A stretch of DNA of 64,000 bases. It comes from Synechococcus sp. (lineage in GTDB: Bacteria; Cyanobacteriota; Cyanobacteriia; PCC-6307; Cyanobiaceae). Shown here one piece after another: positions 44,318 to 55,743 of this stretch. Under the pieces are notes generated by a model. The model made no database searches. It was not told the origin of the DNA and saw nothing but the letters and a program-made list of their open reading frames with translations. Position 1 is the first letter of the stretch. Each line of letters starts with the position of its first letter. The stretch is taken from NCBI GenBank assembly GCA_047284725.1, contig JBJBEO010000001.1:2072203-2136202 (forward strand), given 5' to 3'. Made by a program: the position numbers and the translations under genes.

Positions 44318-44416
44318 CCTACAGTTTTGTGGTGCTGCTGAGCAGAGTTCAGCGCACATTTTGAACCTCGACAATTCACCCTTTCTGTCCCTCACCGGAC
44401 ACGTTCTGCGTTTCCT

Positions 44417-44737
44417 ATGTCCACCGCGATTGCTCAGCAGAAGATCCGCATCCGCCTGAAGGCGTTTGATCGCCGCATGCTGGATCTGTCTTGCGACAAA
44501 ATCATTGAAACGGCCGATAACACAGCCGCGACGGCGATCGGTCCGATTCCTCTCCCCACCAAGCGCAAGATCTATTGCGTCCTGCGCTCACCTCACGTGG
44601 ACAAAGATTCCCGCGAGCACTTTGAGACCCGCACCCACCGTCGTCTCATCGATATCTACGGTCCCTCTGCGAAGACGATCGATGCACTGATGAAGCTGGA
44701 TCTTCCCAGTGGTGTTGACATCGAAGTGAAGCTCTGA
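44417..44737 (+). CDS. rpsJ: 30S ribosomal protein S10
   Basis: [23 protein letters not shown]. Confidence 0.99.
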   Translation: MSTAIAQQKIRIRLKAFDRRMLDLSCDKIIETADNTAATAIGPIPLPTKRKIYCVLRSPHVDKDSREHFETRTHRRLIDIYGPSAKTIDALMKLDLPSGVDIEVKL

Positions 44738-44794
44738 TCACACCCGTCGATTTGGTCAGCTGCCTAGGATAGTTTTCCTTGATATCGGTTCTGC

Positions 44795-45445
44795 GTGGCT
44801 GACCTGTCCGTCAGAGAGTTGCCCCTCTTTCCTCTGCCGGATGTTGTGCTGTTCCCCAGGGACGTTCTTCCGCTCCACATCTTCGAGTCGCGCTACCGAA
44901 TGATGCTGCAGAGTGTTCTGGAGGATGATCGACGCTTCGGCGTCGTGCGCTGGGATCCTCAAACCCAGTCGATGGCATCGGTTGGCTGTTGCGCAGAAGT
45001 CTTGCAACATCAAACCGCTGACGACGGACGCAGCAATATCGTCACGCTTGGGCAACAGCGCTTCCGGGTGCTGGATGTGGTGCGAGAGACGCCCTATCGC
45101 ACCGCCATGGTGAGCTGGATTGAAGACGAGCCTGTCGATGACCAGACCGGGCTCAGAGAGCTTTCCACCAGTGTTGATCAGGCCTTGCGCGACGTCGTTG
45201 AACTGACGAGCAAATTAACGGGCTCGCCCGGCGCCCTGCCCGACGATCTCCCCGATCTGCCCAGAGAACTGTCGTTCTGGATTGGAGCCCATCTCGGCGG
45301 GCCTGTGGCTGAACAGCAACAGGAACTGCTTGAACTCACAGACACCCAGGAACGTCTGAACCGGGAATTCGCCATGTTGGATGAGACCAGAAGGCAGTTG
45401 GCCGCTCGAACTGTGCTGCGCGACACCCTCGCCAACGTCGACTGA
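44795..45445 (+). CDS. LON peptidase substrate-binding domain protein
   Basis: LPLFPL..VLFP...LHIFE.RYR. Confidence 0.92.
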   Translation: MADLSVRELPLFPLPDVVLFPRDVLPLHIFESRYRMMLQSVLEDDRRFGVVRWDPQTQSMASVGCCAEVLQHQTADDGRSNIVTLGQQRFRVLDVVRETPYRTAMVSWIEDEPVDDQTGLRELSTSVDQALRDVVELTSKLTGSPGALPDDLPDLPRELSFWIGAHLGGPVAEQQQELLELTDTQERLNREFAMLDETRRQLAARTVLRDTLANVD

Positions 45446-46395
45446 TGAGCGCCTCCTTGGTTCTGGGGCTGACCATTGGTCTACCCGCCGCTGCCATTGG
45501 CGCAGTGCTGGTGTGGTCGCAACGCAACCGCGCCTATCACTCCAGTGAGAGTGTGGCCGATGCCTATGACGCCTGGACGGAAGACCGCCTGCTGGAAAAC
45601 CTTTGGGGTGAGCATGTCCATTTAGGGCACTACGGAGACCCACCACGAAGGAGAGACTTTCGTGATGCAAAGGCTGACTTTGTGCATGCACTCGTGCATT
45701 GGAGCGGCCTTGACCGACTTCCGAGTGGGTCAAAAGTTCTCGATGTGGGCTGCGGCATCGGTGGTAGTGCACGCATCCTTGCCAAGGACTATGGCTTCGA
45801 TGTGCTGGGAATCAGCATCAGCCCAGCCCAGGTGCAACGCGCCACTGAGCTCACACCGGAGAGCCTCAGCTGCCGCTTCGATGTGATGGATGCCCTTGAT
45901 TTAAAACTGAATGACCAGCAGTTTGATGCGGTCTGGAGTGTCGAGGCAGGGCCCCACATGCCCGACAAGCAGCGTTACGCCGATGAACTTCTGCGTGTGC
46001 TCAAGCCGAGAGGACGCCTGGCGGTGGCCGACTGGAATCGTCGTGATCCCAGCGATGGGGACATGAACCGAACCGAACGTTGGGTGATGCACCAATTGCT
46101 GACGCAATGGGCCCACCCGGAGTTTTCCAGCATCAAGGGATTCCATCACAATCTTGAGGGAAGTCCGCATCAACGTGGGGGCATCGACGTGGACGACTGG
46201 ACCACGGCCACCCTTCCATCCTGGATCGACTCCATCGTCGAAGGCGTCAGGCGTCCAGGCGCTGTGCTGCAACTCGGGCCATCCGCCGTGCTGCAAGGGA
46301 TGCGCGAAACACCGACGCTGCTGCTTATGCATTGGGCCTTTGCCACGGGACTCATGCAGTTCGGGGTGTTTCGCACCAGCCAGCCATCGACCTGA
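45445..46395 (+). CDS. SAM-dependent methyltransferase (MPBQ/MSBQ or tocopherol methyltransferase-like)
   Basis: WGEHVHLGHY, VLDVGCGIGG, VWSVEAGPHMPDK. Confidence 0.88.
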   Translation: MSASLVLGLTIGLPAAAIGAVLVWSQRNRAYHSSESVADAYDAWTEDRLLENLWGEHVHLGHYGDPPRRRDFRDAKADFVHALVHWSGLDRLPSGSKVLDVGCGIGGSARILAKDYGFDVLGISISPAQVQRATELTPESLSCRFDVMDALDLKLNDQQFDAVWSVEAGPHMPDKQRYADELLRVLKPRGRLAVADWNRRDPSDGDMNRTERWVMHQLLTQWAHPEFSSIKGFHHNLEGSPHQRGGIDVDDWTTATLPSWIDSIVEGVRRPGAVLQLGPSAVLQGMRETPTLLLMHWAFATGLMQFGVFRTSQPST

Positions 46396-46419
46396 TCCCA
46401 CCCACTGCTACCCGCAGTC

Positions 46420-47004
46420 GTGATGTCCGCCGCAGAGATGACCGCAGCAGAAGAATCCGATCGGCACGTTGATCCGTGCTCTGACCCCTGCCGTGGGGAG
46501 CTCATTGTGACTTGGCATCAATACCATCGGCTGATTGAGCACTTGGCTCTGCAGTTGCACCACAACGGCCACGCATTCGACCAGATCGTGGCCCTCTCTC
46601 GAGGCGGGCTGAGGGTTGGGGACACACTCTCACGCCTGTTTCAGCGACCACTGGTGGTGATGGCCGCCAGCAGTTACAGCGACTCCTCTCAGCGCGATCA
46701 GGGAGAACTGAGGTTGGGGCAGCAACTGGCCCACACCTGTGACAATCTTGGGCCCAGGGTGCTGCTGGTGGACGACCTCGCCGACAGCGGGGCCACCCTT
46801 GCAGCCTCACAACGCTGGCTATACGAGCTGCCCGGCATCACGACCGTGCAGACAGCCGTGCTCTGGCTCAAAGCCTGCAGCAGCATCAAACCAACACTGT
46901 GGGCCATGGAGCTACCTGGCAATCCATGGGTCGTCCAACCCTTTGAACGCTGGGAGCAGCTTCAACCGGAGAACCTGACACCCTGGTCAGTCCCCCAGGA
47001 GTGA
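46420..47004 (+). CDS. Type I phosphoribosyltransferase (purine salvage-like)
   Basis: SRGG, VLLVDDLADSGAT PRPP motif, WVVQPFE. Confidence 0.88.
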   Translation: MMSAAEMTAAEESDRHVDPCSDPCRGELIVTWHQYHRLIEHLALQLHHNGHAFDQIVALSRGGLRVGDTLSRLFQRPLVVMAASSYSDSSQRDQGELRLGQQLAHTCDNLGPRVLLVDDLADSGATLAASQRWLYELPGITTVQTAVLWLKACSSIKPTLWAMELPGNPWVVQPFERWEQLQPENLTPWSVPQE

Positions 47005-47008
47005 ACGA

Positions 47009-47860
47009 TCAGGGTGCGCATTCGTCCTCGGGAAGCTCACTGCTTGGATAAGCCCCGAACTGAGCGAGGTGTTCACACAAAGGAGCAAGCCGTTCTGTCA
47101 GCCGCTGCAGCTGAGTTCCACCGCCGCCTGGCAATTCCACATCCACAAAAAACACGTATTCCCCCAGCTCCCGTTTCGAAGGACGCGATTCAATCCGACT
47201 CATGTTCAAGCCCAGGTCGGCCACAGCAGCGAGAGCCTCCAGCAGAGCCCCCGGGGCATTGCGATGCAAGGAAAAGGCGAGGCTGGCCACATCTCCCTCC
47301 GACCGTCGTTCGCCGCGTTGAAGGCACAGAAAGCGAGTGCAGTTTCCAGCTGCATCGTTGATGGGATAGGCAAGCTGCTGCAGATCACCCTGCTGGAGTG
47401 CCCGACTGGCGATCGCAGCACGGAAACGGCTGCCCTTCACCATGCGGGCCGCCTCGGCTGTTGAGGTGGTTGCCAGCTGCAAGGCGTTGGGAAGATGGCG
47501 GGATAACCAACCGCTGCACTGGGCCAGCGCCTGGGGATGCGACAGCACTTCAGAGATCTCCTCAAGAGGTCCTGAGCTCAGTAACGCATGGCGGATTGGC
47601 AGCACGAGCGCGCGACGGATGCAGAGCTCAGGATTCGACCAGAGCGCATCCAGGCTTGCGGTGACCCCTCCCTCCACAGAGTTCTCCACGGGCACCACGG
47701 CTGCCTCACAACGACCGTCCGCCACATGCTCCACCACTGAACGCAGACCCACGCAGGGCACGAATGTCGCGTCTCCATGGCCCTCAAGCTGGATCAATGC
47801 CCTGGCAGCCTTTTCGCCATAGGTGCCCTCAGGACCAAGAAAGGCCACGGAAATCGGCAT
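47009..47860 (-). CDS. pheA: Prephenate dehydratase
   Basis: LGPEGT, PVENSVEG, SHPQAL.QC, TRF, IESRP. Confidence 0.95.
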   Translation of the reverse strand: MPISVAFLGPEGTYGEKAARALIQLEGHGDATFVPCVGLRSVVEHVADGRCEAAVVPVENSVEGGVTASLDALWSNPELCIRRALVLPIRHALLSSGPLEEISEVLSHPQALAQCSGWLSRHLPNALQLATTSTAEAARMVKGSRFRAAIASRALQQGDLQQLAYPINDAAGNCTRFLCLQRGERRSEGDVASLAFSLHRNAPGALLEALAAVADLGLNMSRIESRPSKRELGEYVFFVDVELPGGGGTQLQRLTERLAPLCEHLAQFGAYPSSELPEDECAP

Positions 47861-47910
47861 CGGTCGGCGACCAAACACTCGATAAGATCATGGCGCGTCA
47901 ACAAACGCCC

Positions 47911-48459
47911 ATGCCTCTGGCCTTCAGCGCCAGCCAGCAACTGGATCTGCCGGTGCAGACCGACATCGATCGGCTGCCTGCCTATCTGCATGAGCAAGAC
48001 CGTGTCGTGAAGGCACTGCTCGACTCTGATCAGCTGACCCTGATCGAACCCGGTCACTACCGCTACACCGTGACCACGATTCAGGTGTTTCAGCTCCAGG
48101 TCAAACCTGTCGTGTCACTGAACGTGAGGCTGGAAGGTCAAACCCTGATCATGCGAGCGATTGATGCCCAGCTCGAAGGGCTCGGCATGGTGGATGATTT
48201 TGAACTGACGCTGGAGTCGGTCCTGGAAGCCAGCAACACCGGCCTGAAGGGACTGGCCACCCTCGGCGTTCAGGTGAGCCAACCACCCTTGCTGCGACTG
48301 ATCCCGCGCAAAGTGCTCGAAAGCACTGGCGAATCAATCCTCAACGGCATCCTGCTGACCATCAAAGGTCGCGTCGGCCGCCAATTGGTGGGAGATTTCC
48401 AGCAATGGTGCGATGGGTCTCAGACCAGCCCTCAAAACGGTGAAGCCAAGGCCTGCTGA
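47911..48459 (+). CDS. DUF1997-like protein
   Basis: F.ASQ..., PP.LRLIP..VLESTG..IL..IL..IK.R...QL..DF pattern. Confidence 0.75.
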   Translation: MPLAFSASQQLDLPVQTDIDRLPAYLHEQDRVVKALLDSDQLTLIEPGHYRYTVTTIQVFQLQVKPVVSLNVRLEGQTLIMRAIDAQLEGLGMVDDFELTLESVLEASNTGLKGLATLGVQVSQPPLLRLIPRKVLESTGESILNGILLTIKGRVGRQLVGDFQQWCDGSQTSPQNGEAKAC

Positions 48460-49064
48460 GGCAACACCTTTTTCAGGAAGGAGCGCCGATGCAAACGCGT
48501 GGGTCCATGCGTGAGCAAGGCCTGGCGGTGAATCGCTGTGCCATAACCGGCATGCCGCTCAAGCCCGTAATCAGGAAACTGCTGCGCGAGGCGGCGAATG
48601 AGAGCATCTCGCGCTTCCTTCGCCAGCACACTGGCGGCAGCAATGGCAGCACTGCTGCTGTCGCCCCGCACAATCGTCTCCTGGGGATGGGGCCACAAAC
48701 GCAGAGGAAGAACCCCGTCCACCAACAGCAGATCCGGTCTGGATGGCAAGCGCTGCAACGCCCTCAACATGGCGAACTCGGTGGCACATCTGATGCCATG
48801 ACCATCGACTTCTCTGGCGGAGGCTTGGCCCAGCGCCCAGGCCTCCGCAGCTTGCTCAATCAACGGCACCAACCGGGCCCGACGCCTGGGTGTCAGCGCT
48901 TTGCTGTCGGTGAGGCCCTCCTGACGCAGAGCGCATGCAGCGTCATCGGAAAGCACCACCACGCCGGCGAAGACGGGTCCAAACCAGCAGCCGCGACCCA
49001 CCTCATCAATTCCGGCCTGCAGAAAGTGCTGCCCTCCTTCAACAACCGCCTGCTGCTGTGCCAA
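48432..49064 (-). CDS. rnhB: Ribonuclease HII
   Basis: [33 protein letters not shown]. Confidence 0.96.
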   Translation of the reverse strand: MAQQQAVVEGGQHFLQAGIDEVGRGCWFGPVFAGVVVLSDDAACALRQEGLTDSKALTPRRRARLVPLIEQAAEAWALGQASAREVDGHGIRCATEFAMLRALQRLPSRPDLLLVDGVLPLRLWPHPQETIVRGDSSSAAIAAASVLAKEARDALIRRLAQQFPDYGLERHAGYGTAIHRQALLTHGPTRLHRRSFLKKVLPQQALASPF

Positions 49065-49076
49065 GGCGATGCGGCA

Positions 49077-51020
49077 CTAGTCGGCGACGGCCGCTGAAGA
49101 ACGGCGACGGCGACGGCGTGGTTCCTGATCGTTGTCGACGGCTTCCGCTTCGGAGGCAACAGGGGTCGAGGCAGGCACAGAGCCTGTCTCCGCGGATGCG
49201 GCCGTCTCTACAGCGGGCAAGGTGGCTTCCAACGGCGTGATCTCCACAAGCAGCGGAGTCGAGGCGCTGTCGGACTCAGCCGATGAAGGCTTCGTGCTGG
49301 TCTCGACCGAAGCATTGCCTCTCGCCGCACCCCGACCGCCACCACGTCCACCGCGGCGGCGGCGGCGGTTGGAGCTGGCAGCCAACTGATGACGCGCTTC
49401 CTCGAGCACCGCTTCCTCGTTGTCGCCAGGACGCACCACTCGCACCATCAAGTTGTCGGCTTCCGGAGGCGTGTCGAGAAGCAAAGCAGGGCTGAGGCCA
49501 AGCCAACCGAACACGTGCTCCTGCTCGTCGGTCATCGGCACCGCAACCAGTTCAGGCTCTTGACGGCGGTTAGAGGCTTCGGCAGAAGCGACGGCTGCTG
49601 AAACATCCGTCTGGTCAGCGGTCGTGACCGAAAGGTCGCTCGACTCATCGTGGGTGGAAGCGGCACCAGCGGCAGGCCGTGAGCGACCACCGCCACGGCG
49701 GCGGCGGCCTCCTGCTTCACCGGGAACAGCCACTTCAGCCCGAGCCGAGGCAGCAGAACGCACAAGACCGGTGGCCATCGCCAGGGGTTGAAGCTGGTCC
49801 TGACCCGGCAGAACGGCCACATGTCCCATGCCTACACAACTGGGACAGGCCCGGCCGAACAACTCGTAGATGTTTTGACCTTGTCGCTTGCGGGTGAGCT
49901 CCACCAGCCCGAGTTCCGACAGCTGGGCAATCTGGGGGCGGGCCGCGTCATCACGGATGGCTGCAGTGAAGTGCTCCAGCAGCTGCAGCTGGTCGCGGCG
50001 GGAGTCCATGTCGATGAAGTCGACAATGATGACGCCGCCGATGTTGCGAAGCTTGAGCTGACGGGCAATCTCAACGGCCGCCTCACAGTTGGTCCAGAGG
50101 ACTGTTTCGCGGGCATTCGCCGATCGCGTGAACGAGCCGGAGTTCACATCGATCACCGTCAGCGCCTCGGTGGGCTCAATGATCACGTACCCACCGGAAG
50201 GCAAATCAACGCGTGGCTTGAGGGCATCCCGTATGGCCGCATTGACCTTGAAATGCTCCAACAACTCCGAAGGTTCGCTGTAGGCCTCAACCAGCACATG
50301 GCTGTCGCCTTGACCGAGAAAGCTGTGCACCCTGTCAACGGCGGCGTAATCATCCACCACCACGCGCATCAGCTCTGGGCCGGCCTGGTCTCGGAGGATG
50401 CGGTGAATGAAGTCTTCATCCCGGTTGAGCAGCACGGGGGGCACCGCCGCATCAGCCGCCTTCTGAATCGCCTCCCACTGGCGTAACAGGCCCTCGAGAT
50501 CATCGATCAGGAGATCTTCACTCACCCCTTCCGCTTCGGTGCGGATGAGCAGACCAGCGCCGGGCGGTTTCACCAGTACGCCAAGGGCCCTGAGGCGATT
50601 GCGCTCGCCTTCAGCCGAGATCCGACGTGAGATGTTCACGCCTTGACCACTGGGCTGAAGCACCAGGTAACGCCCGGGTAAAGCCAGATTGCCTGTCAAG
50701 CGCGGGCCCTTTGTGCCGGTGGGCTCCTTCATCACTTGCACCAGCACCTTCTGGCGTGGTTCCAGCAACTCGGTGATGCCTGCTGACCCTTTTTTCAGGC
50801 GGAGCGGACCGAGGTCCGTGACATGAATAAACCCATTTTTTTCACTTTCGCCGATGTTGACGAATGCGGCATCAATGCCTGGCAGCACGTTTTCCACCGT
50901 GCCGAGATAAACGTCGCCGATCTGGTAGCGGCCCTGGGCCACGATCAGTTCATCAACCCGTTCATCAGAGAGCACCGCTGCGATGCGCAGCTGCTCGGCG
51001 ATGACGATCTGCTTGGGCAT
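49077..51020 (-). CDS. rne: Ribonuclease E
   Basis: S1 domain (VLPGIDAAF), IDVNSG, DFIDM, CPSC.G.G; disordered Arg-rich tail. Confidence 0.96.
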   Translation of the reverse strand: MPKQIVIAEQLRIAAVLSDERVDELIVAQGRYQIGDVYLGTVENVLPGIDAAFVNIGESEKNGFIHVTDLGPLRLKKGSAGITELLEPRQKVLVQVMKEPTGTKGPRLTGNLALPGRYLVLQPSGQGVNISRRISAEGERNRLRALGVLVKPPGAGLLIRTEAEGVSEDLLIDDLEGLLRQWEAIQKAADAAVPPVLLNRDEDFIHRILRDQAGPELMRVVVDDYAAVDRVHSFLGQGDSHVLVEAYSEPSELLEHFKVNAAIRDALKPRVDLPSGGYVIIEPTEALTVIDVNSGSFTRSANARETVLWTNCEAAVEIARQLKLRNIGGVIIVDFIDMDSRRDQLQLLEHFTAAIRDDAARPQIAQLSELGLVELTRKRQGQNIYELFGRACPSCVGMGHVAVLPGQDQLQPLAMATGLVRSAASARAEVAVPGEAGGRRRRGGGRSRPAAGAASTHDESSDLSVTTADQTDVSAAVASAEASNRRQEPELVAVPMTDEQEHVFGWLGLSPALLLDTPPEADNLMVRVVRPGDNEEAVLEEARHQLAASSNRRRRRGGRGGGRGAARGNASVETSTKPSSAESDSASTPLLVEITPLEATLPAVETAASAETGSVPASTPVASEAEAVDNDQEPRRRRRRSSAAVAD

Positions 51021-51266
51021 GGAAACGTGCGGGGTTCGTCTCTATGGACATAAAACCGATCAACAGGCCGCTGGCCTAGCGATCGGGGAAACATGATTGG
51101 GGCCGAAGCCTTGGAATAGAGCGGAGATGGAACTCCTCTGATAACACTCGGGACCGGCGCTGACGGCCGGGAGCCGGAGGCATGTGGCCTCTCGTTCCTC
51201 AGGATCTGGGAGTGAAAGGTCGGGACGCGGTGGTGGCACTAGTGCCCAAAACCATTCGTCTTGAAT

Positions 51267-53993
51267 TCAATTTAGCACTGGCGCATTGGCATCCTCCAGC
51301 AACAGGGCGCGGCGCTGCACCTGCTCCAACCGCAACTCCGTTCCCATCTGTTCACTGAGCCAGTGCTGAATCTGCGTCGGTTTCAGACTCCGCCCCATGG
51401 CATCGATGGCAGCGTGGAGCCTCAACGCAACGCCGCCATTCGACACAGAGCTTTCTTCAGCACGCTCACTGCTTCTGCGCCCTGCTGGACCGAACGGATT
51501 GCGATCCATGGGCTTGAGATCAAGCAAAAAGGGCTTGCAATCGCGCTGACGGGGCCGCCCTTTTTTGTCGGTGTCATTCCAGATCAACTGGTCTCCAGCC
51601 AGCAGAGCCCTGCACCCTTTAACGACATCAGCAGCAAAATCCTCCGGCGACGCTGACTCTGAATCCGCTGCAGGATGCAAGCTGAACTGCCAGTGCGCCG
51701 ATGCAAGCCGTTGCGACAGACTGGGATCGGAGACAGGCACGGCGTGGGCCGAGAGCAGACGGAAACCGGGCGGCAGTGTCTCCTGCCACTGCTGCATCAC
51801 CTGCTCGGGCTTAACCTCCTCGAGAAATTCCAGATCCATCCATTCGCCATGGGCTTCCACACCGAGGGGCAGGGCCAACGCCAGCTGCAGGCGCGGCAGC
51901 GGATGGAAGCCCCCGGTGAAGCTCACCGGCAGGCCGGTTCGGCGAAGGGCACGCTCCAGCATGCGCACCACATCAAGGTGGCTTAGCAACGCCATGGCCC
52001 CGGTTTTGCTGAACTGAAAGCGCAGCCTGCACACCCGTTCACTGGGGGGTGTCTGAGCGGGCACCTGAGTTGGGATCGGCGGCGGGGGCACTACGACGTT
52101 GTGACCCAGATCGGGGCCACACACTCCGCAGCTGCTGCAGCCATCAAACGAACAATCCGGCACCACGGCCGCCGCCAGCGCCCGCTGCAGATCTTCCGCC
52201 AACCAGGTTTTGTCGATGCCCGTGTCGATGTGATCCCAGGGAAGGGGCTGAGCACAGAACTGGCCCAAATCCTCCGGAGTCAAAGCATTGGCAGCGCCCC
52301 AGCCACCGAGCTCCAGCTCGCGGTAACGCCCCTCCAGGCCCGCAGCACTGATCGCATCGGTCCAGGCGGTGTAGGTGCGATCGAGCGCCTCAAACCAGGC
52401 GTCCATCCCCGCTCCAGCGCGCCAGGCAGCCTCGATCACAGAGGCCAGACGGCGATCACTCCGCCCGACGAAATCCTCCATCGCCGACAGCCGCACGTCG
52501 GTGAAGTTGAAACGCATGCCGCGAAAACGACGCGTGGCCTCACGAAGCAAGCCCTGACGGCGGATCAATTCCGCCGTCGACACGCTGTGCCATTGGAAGG
52601 GTGTGTGGGGCTTGGGCGTGAAATTGCTGATCGTGATGTTGAGCGCCAACCGCCCAAGGTCACGACAGCGTTGCTGCAACATCACGCAGGTATCGACGAT
52701 GCCGAGCACATCGGCGTCGGTCTCGCCTGGCAGGCCGATCATGAAGTAGAGCTTCACCTTGCGGTAACCGTTCTGCATCGCGGTGCGGATGCCGTTGAGC
52801 AGGTCGTCGTCGGTGAGGCCCTTGTTGACGATGTCGCGCAGGCGCTGGGTGCCAGCTTCAGGCGCAAACGTAAGGCCGGCCTGACGGCCACCGCCAAGGA
52901 TGTGGGCGATGTCATCGTCGAAACGGTCCACCCGCTGGCTGGGAAGTTGCAGGGTCACGTTCTGGGCGGCCAGACGATTGCGCAGCTCTACACCCACCGC
53001 CGGAAGGGCCAGATAGTCGCTGCAGCTGAGGGAAAGTAGTGAAAAGTCGCTGTACCCGGTTTGCTGCATACCGGTCTCGACCGCCTCGATCACAGCCTCC
53101 GGTTCAACATCTCGAGCGGGCCGGGTGAGCATCCCCGGCTGACAGAAACGGCAGCCACGGGTACAGCCCCGTCGGATCTCCACCGTGAGCCGGTCGTGCA
53201 CCGTTTCAACGTGGGGCACCAGTCCCATGGCGTAGTGGGGCATGGGGGTGGCGACGCGCCGAAGGGGACGAGCTGGCAGCTCTGGATGCAACGGCTCCAC
53301 CGTGACGCCATCCGCCCCAGGCGCGTACAGAGAAGGGACGTACACGCCCGGCACCTGAGCCAGGTCGCGCAGCAGACGTGAACGCAACCAACCGGCGGCC
53401 TTGGCCTCCCCCACCACCAGACCGATCTCCGGCAGCAGCTCTTCCCCATCCCCAAGGGCAATGAAATCGAAGAAAGCCGCGTAGGGCTCGGGGTTGCTGG
53501 TGGCCGTTGGTCCACCGGCAAAAATCAGCGGTGGTGCAGAGGGATCGCCTAGTGGGAAATCGCCTCGATCGGCAGCGCGCAGGGGCACCGCTGCCAGGTC
53601 CAGCATCTCGAGAATGTTGGTGGCGCCGAGCTCATAACTGAGGCTGAAGCCGAGGATGTCGAAAGCAGGCAATGGACGGCGGCTTTCAACCGCAAACAGC
53701 GGTTGCTGCAGATCCCTCAAACGTGACGCCAGATCTTCAGCCGGCAGATAGGCCCGATCACAAAGCTGACCGGGAACTGCGTTGAGAATTGAATAGAGAA
53801 TGATGTGCCCCAGATTGCTGGAACCCACCTCGTAGATCTCGGGATAGGTGAGGGCCCAGCGCACGCGGGCGGCCGACCAATCACGGGGCTCCACCCCCAG
53901 TTCGTGGCCCATGTAACGGGCAGGTCGATTGATGCTGGCATTCACCAGGCTGTCGAAATCAACCGGCTCGAGACTCGGGGACGCGACGGTCAT
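51267..53993 (-). CDS. B12-binding radical SAM protein (TIGR03960-like) fused to a TIGR03936-like domain
   Basis: [26 protein letters not shown]-terminal LSHLD..R..GGFHP.PR. Confidence 0.9.
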   Translation of the reverse strand: MTVASPSLEPVDFDSLVNASINRPARYMGHELGVEPRDWSAARVRWALTYPEIYEVGSSNLGHIILYSILNAVPGQLCDRAYLPAEDLASRLRDLQQPLFAVESRRPLPAFDILGFSLSYELGATNILEMLDLAAVPLRAADRGDFPLGDPSAPPLIFAGGPTATSNPEPYAAFFDFIALGDGEELLPEIGLVVGEAKAAGWLRSRLLRDLAQVPGVYVPSLYAPGADGVTVEPLHPELPARPLRRVATPMPHYAMGLVPHVETVHDRLTVEIRRGCTRGCRFCQPGMLTRPARDVEPEAVIEAVETGMQQTGYSDFSLLSLSCSDYLALPAVGVELRNRLAAQNVTLQLPSQRVDRFDDDIAHILGGGRQAGLTFAPEAGTQRLRDIVNKGLTDDDLLNGIRTAMQNGYRKVKLYFMIGLPGETDADVLGIVDTCVMLQQRCRDLGRLALNITISNFTPKPHTPFQWHSVSTAELIRRQGLLREATRRFRGMRFNFTDVRLSAMEDFVGRSDRRLASVIEAAWRAGAGMDAWFEALDRTYTAWTDAISAAGLEGRYRELELGGWGAANALTPEDLGQFCAQPLPWDHIDTGIDKTWLAEDLQRALAAAVVPDCSFDGCSSCGVCGPDLGHNVVVPPPPIPTQVPAQTPPSERVCRLRFQFSKTGAMALLSHLDVVRMLERALRRTGLPVSFTGGFHPLPRLQLALALPLGVEAHGEWMDLEFLEEVKPEQVMQQWQETLPPGFRLLSAHAVPVSDPSLSQRLASAHWQFSLHPAADSESASPEDFAADVVKGCRALLAGDQLIWNDTDKKGRPRQRDCKPFLLDLKPMDRNPFGPAGRRSSERAEESSVSNGGVALRLHAAIDAMGRSLKPTQIQHWLSEQMGTELRLEQVQRRALLLEDANAPVLN

Positions 53994-54090
53994 GGCCAGC
54001 AGGGCAGTGATTCCATCGTATGGATCGAGCGTGAGCCGACGCTGCGTCGCGTCGCGTAGCAGGATGCCGGGCAAGACATCCTTCTCTTCC

Positions 54091-55317
54091 GTGGTTCAGG
54101 TCAACAGCAATTACCTCAAACTCAAGGCCGGATACCTTTTCCCAGAGATTGCGAGGCGGGTGAAGGCCTTCAGCGAGGCGAACCCCGAGGCAGCCCTGAT
54201 CCGTCTGGGCATTGGCGATGTCACCGAGCCCCTGCCTTTGGCCTGCCGCGACGCGATGAAGGCGGCCGTGGATGAAATGGGGACCAACGCCGGCTTTCAC
54301 GGCTATGGGCCTGAACAGGGCTATGCCTGGCTACGTGAAGCCATCGCCAAGCACGATTTCCAGGTTCGTGGCTGTGACATCAGCGCCGAGGAGATCTTCG
54401 TCTCCGACGGTTCGAAGTGCGACAGCAGCAACATCCTCGACATCCTCGGCAGCGGCAATCGCATCGCCGTCACCGATCCGGTGTACCCCGTGTATGTCGA
54501 CAGCAATGTGATGGCAGGCCGCACTGGCGAAGCCGGTGACAACGGTCGCTACGACGGACTCAGTTATCTGCCCATCAGTGCCGATAACGGCTTCAGCGCC
54601 AAGATTCCCAGCGAGCCTGTGGATCTGATCTACCTGTGCTTCCCCAACAACCCCACCGGGGCAGTGGCCACCAAGGTCCAACTCAAGGCCTGGGTGGATT
54701 ACGCCAGATCCCACAACGCGCTGATCCTGTTCGACGCCGCCTACGAGGCCTTCATCCAGGACCCTGAACTACCCCACTCGATTTATGAGATCGAGGGTGC
54801 ACGCGAGTGCGCCATTGAATTCCGCTCGTTCTCCAAGAACGCCGGCTTCACAGGCACCCGCTGCGCTCTCACCGTGGTGCCGAAGGGACTGAAAGGGAAA
54901 GCTGAAGACGGATCCGACGTGGAGCTGTGGGGGCTGTGGAACCGCCGTCAGAGCACCAAGTTCAACGGCGTGAGCTATATCATTCAGCGCGGAGCCGAAG
55001 CGGTGTACTCCCCACAGGGCCAAAAGGAGATCAAAGCCCTGGTGAGCTTCTACATGGAGAACGCCTCCATCATTCGCCGCGAACTCAGTGCCGCCGGGAT
55101 CGAGGTGCATGGCGGCGAACACGCTCCCTACGTGTGGTTGAAAACCCCCACTGGAATGGACTCCTGGGGCTTCTTCGACCACCTTCTCAACAAGGCCCAT
55201 GTGGTGGGCACCCCTGGCAGCGGCTTCGGAGCTGCCGGCGAGGGCTATTTCCGCCTGTCGGCCTTCAACAGCCGCGCCAACGTGGACGAAGCCATGCGAC
55301 GCATCCGCAGCCTCTAA
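54091..55317 (+). CDS. dapL: LL-diaminopimelate aminotransferase
   Basis: [33 protein letters not shown]. Confidence 0.95.
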   Translation: MVQVNSNYLKLKAGYLFPEIARRVKAFSEANPEAALIRLGIGDVTEPLPLACRDAMKAAVDEMGTNAGFHGYGPEQGYAWLREAIAKHDFQVRGCDISAEEIFVSDGSKCDSSNILDILGSGNRIAVTDPVYPVYVDSNVMAGRTGEAGDNGRYDGLSYLPISADNGFSAKIPSEPVDLIYLCFPNNPTGAVATKVQLKAWVDYARSHNALILFDAAYEAFIQDPELPHSIYEIEGARECAIEFRSFSKNAGFTGTRCALTVVPKGLKGKAEDGSDVELWGLWNRRQSTKFNGVSYIIQRGAEAVYSPQGQKEIKALVSFYMENASIIRRELSAAGIEVHGGEHAPYVWLKTPTGMDSWGFFDHLLNKAHVVGTPGSGFGAAGEGYFRLSAFNSRANVDEAMRRIRSL

Positions 55318-55428
55318 GGACCAACCCAATCCCGCGAAGTCAGCCGTTCATCCCCATGACGGCCTGACTTCGTCGGTCATTGCAAGAAAGCCTCCACCTA
55401 CATTGGGGCCGAGGCACACGAGCGCACG

Positions 55429-55743
55429 ATGGCGGTGAACACCACAAGTCCGGGCGCTGGTGGCGCAGCCGTGCTCGAGAAACAGGAAGAGCGAGTACGC
55501 AAGCCTTCTCCGCGCTACAAAGTGCTCCTGCACAACGACCCCGTCAACTCCATGGAGTACGTGGTCGTGACCCTTCAGCAGGTCGTTCCACAGTTGAGTG
55601 AGCAGGATGCCATGGCTGTGATGCTGGAAGCCCACAACACAGGAGTCGGTCTCGTGATTGTGTGCGACCTCGAGCCAGCGGAGTTCTATTGCGAAACCCT
55701 CAAGGCCAAGGGACTGATCAGCACGCTGGAGCCAGAGAGCTGA
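55429..55743 (+). CDS. clpS: Clp protease adaptor ClpS
   Basis: YKVLLHND..NSMEYV, MLEAH..G. Confidence 0.95.
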   Translation: MAVNTTSPGAGGAAVLEKQEERVRKPSPRYKVLLHNDPVNSMEYVVVTLQQVVPQLSEQDAMAVMLEAHNTGVGLVIVCDLEPAEFYCETLKAKGLISTLEPES

